A DNA stretch of 64,000 nt from an uncultured Acholeplasmataceae bacterium (GTDB lineage: Bacteria; Bacillota_I; Bacilli_A; Acholeplasmatales; UBA5453), in assembly GCA_964481475.1 (NCBI GenBank), contig CAYZTG010000001.1:20441-84440 (forward strand), read 5' to 3'. Positions 58,550 to 64,000 of this stretch are shown here, piece by piece. The notes under the pieces were generated by a model. It had not been told where the DNA came from, made no database searches, and worked only from the letters and a program-made list of their open reading frames with translations. The position numbers and the translations under genes were made by a program. Positions within the stretch are counted from its first letter, which is position 1. Every line of letters begins with the position of its first letter.

Positions 58550-60028
58550 TCAAAATGATAAAATATCATCTTCGCCTTCTACTATTTCTTTTCTTTTGGC
58601 TTTCTTATTATAAATAATACCTAATATTTGCAGACTTATTACTGGCGCCATTGAAACGATCACAACTAGTCCATAAGCATCCATTAAAGGATTTGAAGTT
58701 GCGATGGCATTTGACGCTCCGATTGCAAAAGGCATTAAAAAGGCTGTTGTCATTGCTCCACTAACTGCACTACCCGAATCATATGCAATTGCTGTGAATA
58801 AATCAGGTGTAAAAAACGTTAAAACAAAGGTAATTAAATACCCTGGAACAACTATCCATAAAACATTAATACTAAAGATTATTCTTAACATTGATAGTAC
58901 TAAAGCAATCCCAACTCCTAAAGAAATTGCCCCAAGCAATAATATTTTTGAAACATTACCAGCAGTAACTTCTTCAACTTGTTTATTAACCGCAACAATC
59001 GATGGTTCTGGCGCAGCAACTAATAGTCCAAAAATTAAGCCCACAATCACTAATAACCATATTTTATTACTTGCTAAGTAAAATCCTATTTCATTACCAA
59101 TCATTGAAAATGCTTGATTTGCTCCTGATAAAAATAATACTAGACCAATATATGTATATAAAAATCCAATTAAAATTTTAATTACTTCTTTTTTGGAAAG
59201 TTTAAAATCAATGAACTGGAAGATAATAAAGAAGGCTACGAATGGTGTTATTGCAATAGCCATATCTTTTGCATAAGTAATTAAATAATTAGTTAAACTT
59301 AAGGTGGTATCAGCTGTTGTAATCGTATTAGGATCAATTTTATAAAATAACCCTAATATTAAAACTGCAATAATTGGTCCAATAATTGTCACGCCAACTA
59401 ACCCAAAGGAATCTTGCTCACTATTATTACTTTGCCTAGCTTTACTAATTCCGTAGGCTAAACTCATAATAAAGGGCACTGAAAGGGGCCCACTAGCAAA
59501 ACCTCCTGAATCAAAGGCAATTGCGATAAAAGCAGGATTGTTTTTATTCACAATGAAAGCAAGCATAAAAGCAACTCCATATAAACCAATTATTAGCCAC
59601 TTTAAAGGGATTTTAAATAATACTCTCAATAATCCTACTGTCATTAATAAACCAACGCCTATGGCAACCGTAATAATGGTAATAATCTCTGGACTTATAA
59701 CATCTTTCAATTGGTTTGATAAGACTCTTACCGAAGGTTCCGCAATAATAATGAAAAACCCTAAAGAGATACTAACAAGTAAAAAAAATGTTAAATTTCG
59801 CTTTTTAACAATATAATTCCCAATGCCTTCGGCTATATAACTAGTTGAAGAAAAGGCGCCTAGCTGAAATAATGCTAAGCCCACAACTAGTAAAGTTGCT
59901 CCTAATAAAAAGCTCAAGATTATTTTTAGATCTAATCCAATTAGAAAGCTTATTACTAAAATAACTATAGTCACCGGCAAAACAGAGATAAAAGATTCTA
60001 ATAATTTTTTCAAAAAAGGTTTAATCAT
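58550..60028 (-). CDS. Polytopic membrane protein made of two fused DUF1538-type halves
   Basis: 492-aa ORF with about 12 TM helices. Internal duplication is shown by paired motifs: AEPSVRVL / PEPSIVAV; IAFDSGGFASGP / IAYDSGSAVSGA; DSFGLVGVTIIGPIIAVLILG / DAYGLVVIVSMAPVISLQILG. Confidence 0.75.
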   Translation of the reverse strand: MIKPFLKKLLESFISVLPVTIVILVISFLIGLDLKIILSFLLGATLLVVGLALFQLGAFSSTSYIAEGIGNYIVKKRNLTFFLLVSISLGFFIIIAEPSVRVLSNQLKDVISPEIITIITVAIGVGLLMTVGLLRVLFKIPLKWLIIGLYGVAFMLAFIVNKNNPAFIAIAFDSGGFASGPLSVPFIMSLAYGISKARQSNNSEQDSFGLVGVTIIGPIIAVLILGLFYKIDPNTITTADTTLSLTNYLITYAKDMAIAITPFVAFFIIFQFIDFKLSKKEVIKILIGFLYTYIGLVLFLSGANQAFSMIGNEIGFYLASNKIWLLVIVGLIFGLLVAAPEPSIVAVNKQVEEVTAGNVSKILLLGAISLGVGIALVLSMLRIIFSINVLWIVVPGYLITFVLTFFTPDLFTAIAYDSGSAVSGAMTTAFLMPFAIGASNAIATSNPLMDAYGLVVIVSMAPVISLQILGIIYNKKAKRKEIVEGEDDILSF

Positions 60029-60084
60029 TTTATAAACTACCTCATAGTATAGTTTAAGTCTTTTTATCTAATAAAGCAACCAAT

Positions 60085-61710
60085 CTAAGTTATCATTTCC
60101 TTTGCCATATAGTGAATATGATCGGCTGCTCTCTCTAGATTAGAAACTAGATTAATTAAGATTGGACTAGATTCAGCTCGACATTTTCCTTCATTAAGTC
60201 TTTTAATGTGATTGTCAACAATAAATCTTCTTTTATCATCAACTTTTTGTTCTAGACTTTCAACTATTTTATAGCCTTGTTTACTTCCTGAGAAAAAGAC
60301 ACTCATTGAGTTTTCAAATAAGTCTTTAATAATTGAAAACATTTCATTTAAATCAGCTAATGCGCTATCGCTAAAACTTAAGTCATCTCGCAAAGTTGCT
60401 TCTGTGTATTTTATTAAATTACCCGCTAAATCATTAACTCTTTCCACATCATTAATTGCATAATATAACTTTGAAGTAACTTTTTTATTTGACATAGTTA
60501 ACTTTTCTCCAGAAATTTTAACCAAATATTCTAGTGCTTGTTTGTTTAACTTAGCCCCTTGAGCAATTAAACTCTCCACCTTACTAGAATTACTGAGATC
60601 TCTTTCAACAAAACAGTTAAAAGATATTTCCAAACTATTCATTGCATTTCTCGCCAAAACATCAATTTCTTTTTTTAATTGTGCAATTGCCAAACTTGGA
60701 GTATCTAGTAATCTTTCTTCCAATAAAATAGCAACCGGTTTTGCAGCTTCATCTTCTTTTATTAACCTTTCACTAATTCTTACAAAAACATTAGCAAAAG
60801 GTAAGAAGATTAAAGCACAAGTCAAATTAAAAAACGTATGAAACATTGCTATTTGAGTTGCCGCTTTAGGGAAAAGGGCCATCATAACAGTATCATTAAA
60901 ACTAGGCCAAGCAAGTAAAAATATCATAAAAATAAAAGAACCCATCAAATTAAATAAAATATGAATCATAGAAGCTCTTTTAGCATTAATATTTGCCCCA
61001 ATTGAGGCATATAAAGCGACAATAGTAGTTCCAATATTAGAACCTAAAATAATATATAAAGGAGCATTACCACCACCACCAATAACAATCCCCGCAATAG
61101 CACTTGAAATTACAATTGAAGTTATTGCTGAACTACTTTGAAAGATTGCGGTTAAGACAATTCCAATTAATAAAAGCAACAATGGATTGCTAATATTAGA
61201 TAACATATTAACAATTACTTCTGATTCTTTAAAGATTGACATTGCCCCACTAAGTAAATGTAAACTAACAAAAATTAACCCTAACCCTTGTAAGATTTTT
61301 CCGATTATTTTTGTTCGTTCATTTTTGGAAATTAAATTAATAAAAGAACCAATTAAAGCAAACATCATTGCAAAAACAATAAAATTAAAACTTTGTAAAG
61401 CTACAATTTGAGCAGTAATAGTTGTTCCAACGTTAGCTCCCATAATAATCGTTGTAGCTTGTAAAAGAGAAATAACTCCAGCATTAACTAAACCAACAAC
61501 CATGACAGTAGTAATTCCGCTGGACTGAACAATAGCTGTCGCAGCAACTCCAGTCGCAAAACCTTTCACTTTATTATTTGAAATCTTATTTAAGGAAAGT
61601 TCTAACTTATTATTGGCTACTCTTTTCATATTTTCAGATAACATGTTCATTCCAATAAGTAAAGATCCAATCCCACCAAACAAAATCATAATTGCTTCAA
61701 AATATGCCAT
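60085..61710 (-). CDS. Na+/phosphate cotransporter family protein with a C-terminal PhoU-like domain
   Basis: 541-aa ORF with duplicated QSSGITT / QSSSAITS transporter motifs. The C-terminal helical PhoU-type repeats end in NLERAADHIHYMAKEM. Confidence 0.85.
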   Translation of the reverse strand: MAYFEAIMILFGGIGSLLIGMNMLSENMKRVANNKLELSLNKISNNKVKGFATGVAATAIVQSSGITTVMVVGLVNAGVISLLQATTIIMGANVGTTITAQIVALQSFNFIVFAMMFALIGSFINLISKNERTKIIGKILQGLGLIFVSLHLLSGAMSIFKESEVIVNMLSNISNPLLLLLIGIVLTAIFQSSSAITSIVISSAIAGIVIGGGGNAPLYIILGSNIGTTIVALYASIGANINAKRASMIHILFNLMGSFIFMIFLLAWPSFNDTVMMALFPKAATQIAMFHTFFNLTCALIFLPFANVFVRISERLIKEDEAAKPVAILLEERLLDTPSLAIAQLKKEIDVLARNAMNSLEISFNCFVERDLSNSSKVESLIAQGAKLNKQALEYLVKISGEKLTMSNKKVTSKLYYAINDVERVNDLAGNLIKYTEATLRDDLSFSDSALADLNEMFSIIKDLFENSMSVFFSGSKQGYKIVESLEQKVDDKRRFIVDNHIKRLNEGKCRAESSPILINLVSNLERAADHIHYMAKEMIT

Positions 61711-61900
61711 ATTTTATCACCACTACTATTTTACAAGAAATGAATTAATTAATATAGTATAATTTTTCAAGTTTTGTCTTTGCTAAATTAACTTAAAACG
61801 ATTAAATGTGCTTATAGACCTATAAACTTAACTTATAACAATCAAACAAAAACGTTTCCATTTATTTCAAAAATTAACTATAATAATAATGGTGATAGTT

Positions 61901-62836
61901 ATGAAAACAAATATTTTTTTACTTACAAAAATTACAATAGGATTTATTATTGCTTTTTTAATAGCTTATTTTTTAAAATTACATTACTTTTATACAACCG
62001 GGGTAATTACTCTTCTTTCTTTAGAAAAAACAAAACTACGCTCATATAATATTGCTCTAATAAGATTAATTAGTATGATAATTGCTTTTGCTTTAGGCTC
62101 ACTACTATTTTACTTATTTGATTTTGAAACACTTGGTGTTGTTTTCTTCATTTTGATTTTTATTCCTCTTAGTTTTTTTACTAAAATAGAAAAAGGGCTA
62201 TCTGTTTCATTAGTTTTAGTCTCACAAATATATTTAGAAAAGGATTTAACATTTACCTTAAATGCCTTTTATATTTTCTTTATAGGTGTTGGTGTTGGTT
62301 TAATCCTAAATTTAATTATGCCTAACTACCGTAAAGAAATCTCTAAAAATACTAAATTAATTGATGAAGAGATTAATACTTCTATTAAACTCATTAGCAC
62401 TAATATAAAGCCTGATTTCACTAATTTAAAAAAATTAACTACTTTATCTTTTTCATTAATTCAAGACGAATTAGAAAATATGTCTAGTTTAGAAATTACT
62501 AAAACTTTAAACTACTTAGAAATGAGAAATAAACAGTCATTTCTATTAGAGAAAATAAGTAATGATTTAATGAATGTTACTTCAATCGAAGAAAAATCAA
62601 TTATCTTAAACTATTTACAATTATTTGAAAATCAAATTGGAGAATCAAACTATGCCTTAAATTTAAATGATCAGTTAGATAAACTCTTCGAATTATTTCG
62701 AAAAAGACCTCTGCCTAAGGAGAGATCTTTATTTGAACAAAGAGCATTATTATATACTACTTTATTAGACTTAAAACAATTTTTAAAATTAAAATTAGAT
62801 TATCATCTTAAATATCAAAATGAGTCAGCAAATTAG
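61901..62836 (+). CDS. Aromatic acid exporter (ArAE/FUSC-like, YgaE-type) family membrane protein
   Basis: An N-terminal module of about 5 TM helices is followed by a cytoplasmic helical domain. The ATG at 61901 follows GGTGA. The ORF-track ATG at 61889 sits on the -10 box. Confidence 0.6.
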   Translation: MKTNIFLLTKITIGFIIAFLIAYFLKLHYFYTTGVITLLSLEKTKLRSYNIALIRLISMIIAFALGSLLFYLFDFETLGVVFFILIFIPLSFFTKIEKGLSVSLVLVSQIYLEKDLTFTLNAFYIFFIGVGVGLILNLIMPNYRKEISKNTKLIDEEINTSIKLISTNIKPDFTNLKKLTTLSFSLIQDELENMSSLEITKTLNYLEMRNKQSFLLEKISNDLMNVTSIEEKSIILNYLQLFENQIGESNYALNLNDQLDKLFELFRKRPLPKERSLFEQRALLYTTLLDLKQFLKLKLDYHLKYQNESAN

Positions 62837-64000
62837 CTGGCTTTTTTCTTAAGATAAAACTAACAGGAATTAGAGCAATGATAACATTGGCAAATAGTAT
62901 TCCTAAAGTAGCCACTACAAACGATAATAAAGAAACTCTTGAAATAGTCATAAGTCCTAAGAAAGACGTACTCAGTCCTCTAATAATAAGCATTCCAATT
63001 ACTACTCCAATAAAAGATGTCATCAGCGAAATTAGTAAATACTCTAAAGCAAAATTAATTTTAATCTCATACTTGTGAACACCTAAAGCACGAAAAATAC
63101 TTAATTCTTTAACCCGTTTAGTTAAAGAAGATCTTACAATAAAGAAAAAGATTAAACTACTAACAATAATTGAAAAAATCATTTGACTAACAGAAGATGC
63201 TCTTGTTGCTGCTGATTCCTTCTTAATATTTTCAACTGTTTCTGCTCTTGAATTAATAAATTTACTATTTGGAACACTACCATCTAAGGAGTAAAGATAA
63301 GTAATATAATAATTAAGTTGCTCATCTAAAAGTCTTTTAACTACTTCACTATTAACATAAACAATATTAGTCTCATCAATATCCTCGTACGTGCCAACAA
63401 TTACTACATTTTGATATCTTTCTAAATCGCTAATATTTTTACTATCTAGCATCATAAAAACACTTTCCGCGAGAACAATCTCTGTTTTTGCTTGGTTACT
63501 ATCAGGCCATCTCCCTGTCTTTAATAAAATACCATCGATGTCATCACTATAAGTAAAAGCATAATTGATAATCTGATCATCAACCTCAAAATTATAAAAC
63601 TGTCGCAAAGAAATATTATAAAGTAAACTAGGCATGCTATACCACGCTTTTGTATTTGTATTAACAACTCCGACGATAACTAAGTCAACAACCGAAAGAG
63701 CACTTGACGAATATGACATGAAAGATATTTTTTCATTCAATAAATGCTTTGCCTCATAAATACCGTTTACTTGATAATAAACGGAATTCGAATAATATTT
63801 ATCTAAAACACTTGCATCAATAACAATTTCTTCTTCTTTAAGAGGCATTCTCCCATAAATTAAATCTTTTTCACTTAAAGCATTAACCGGTAAACCAGTT
63901 TCAATGACTAAACGGTTTCCTTTCCGACCACTTATAAAACTAAACTCTCCGCGATTAAAACCAACATAATAAACAAAACTATTTCCATCAACTTCATCCA
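62808..64000 (-). CDS. ABC transporter permease, FtsX/MacB-like (C-terminal part; the reading frame stays open to the right edge of the window)
   Basis: A C-terminal FtsX domain is present (RVKELSIFRALGVHKYEIKINFALEYLLISL...). I translated 63849..64000 in the same frame and found no stop, so the gene probably starts beyond 64000, not at M 63848. Confidence 0.75.
   Translation of the reverse strand, partial: DEVDGNSFVYYVGFNRGEFSFISGRKGNRLVIETGLPVNALSEKDLIYGRMPLKEEEIVIDASVLDKYYSNSVYYQVNGIYEAKHLLNEKISFMSYSSSALSVVDLVIVGVVNTNTKAWYSMPSLLYNISLRQFYNFEVDDQIINYAFTYSDDIDGILLKTGRWPDSNQAKTEIVLAESVFMMLDSKNISDLERYQNVVIVGTYEDIDETNIVYVNSEVVKRLLDEQLNYYITYLYSLDGSVPNSKFINSRAETVENIKKESAATRASSVSQMIFSIIVSSLIFFFIVRSSLTKRVKELSIFRALGVHKYEIKINFALEYLLISLMTSFIGVVIGMLIIRGLSTSFLGLMTISRVSLLSFVVATLGILFANVIIALIPVSFILRKKPANLLTHFDI

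Overview
The window is a very AT-rich (about 70% A+T by eye, not computed) stretch of chromosomal core from a low-GC Gram-positive-lineage bacterium. TGA is used as a stop (efp, miaA, mutL, the DUF1538 gene), so the genetic code is 11. Gene order closely follows Bacillus subtilis blocks: cmk-rpsA-der / gpsA-hup; miaB-ymcA-X-mutS-mutL; ymdB-rny / recA-pgsA; yqeG-yqeH-yqeK-rsfS-comEA-comEC-holA / rpsT; alaS-ruvX-yrzB-yrrMNO-greA; rnr-smpB. Wall-related genes found inside these blocks in Bacillus (mltG, pbpX) are missing, so an Acholeplasma- or Erysipelotrichia-like organism is my guess, not proven.

Nearly all genes up to 51.4 kb are on the minus strand and tightly packed, often translationally coupled. 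I found no rRNA, tRNA, tmRNA, CRISPR array, transposase or integrase. Two cis-regulatory RNAs are clear: an Ala T-box leader before alaS and an FMN riboswitch before ribU.

Accessory or unusual content:
- A four-carbon acid-sugar operon (DeoR regulator, DUF1537 kinase, PdxA2-like, 2-hydroxyacid dehydrogenase).
- A roughly 6 kb xylose/keto-sugar cluster wedged between der and gpsA, whose first gene has a broken 5' end.
- An acidic-repeat protein with two Rho_N/HeH-like motifs at the position CotE holds in Bacillus.
- An unknown 4-TM protein co-transcribed with ribU under the FMN riboswitch.
- A YolD/Y-family polymerase pair.

The best candidate for an undescribed system is a five-gene module next to a Na/Pi-PhoU transporter. 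It comprises a fused double-DUF1538 membrane protein, three PII-like paralogs and a 3-TM micro-protein.

All functional calls rest on motif recognition in the translated ORFs and on synteny. No database search was run.
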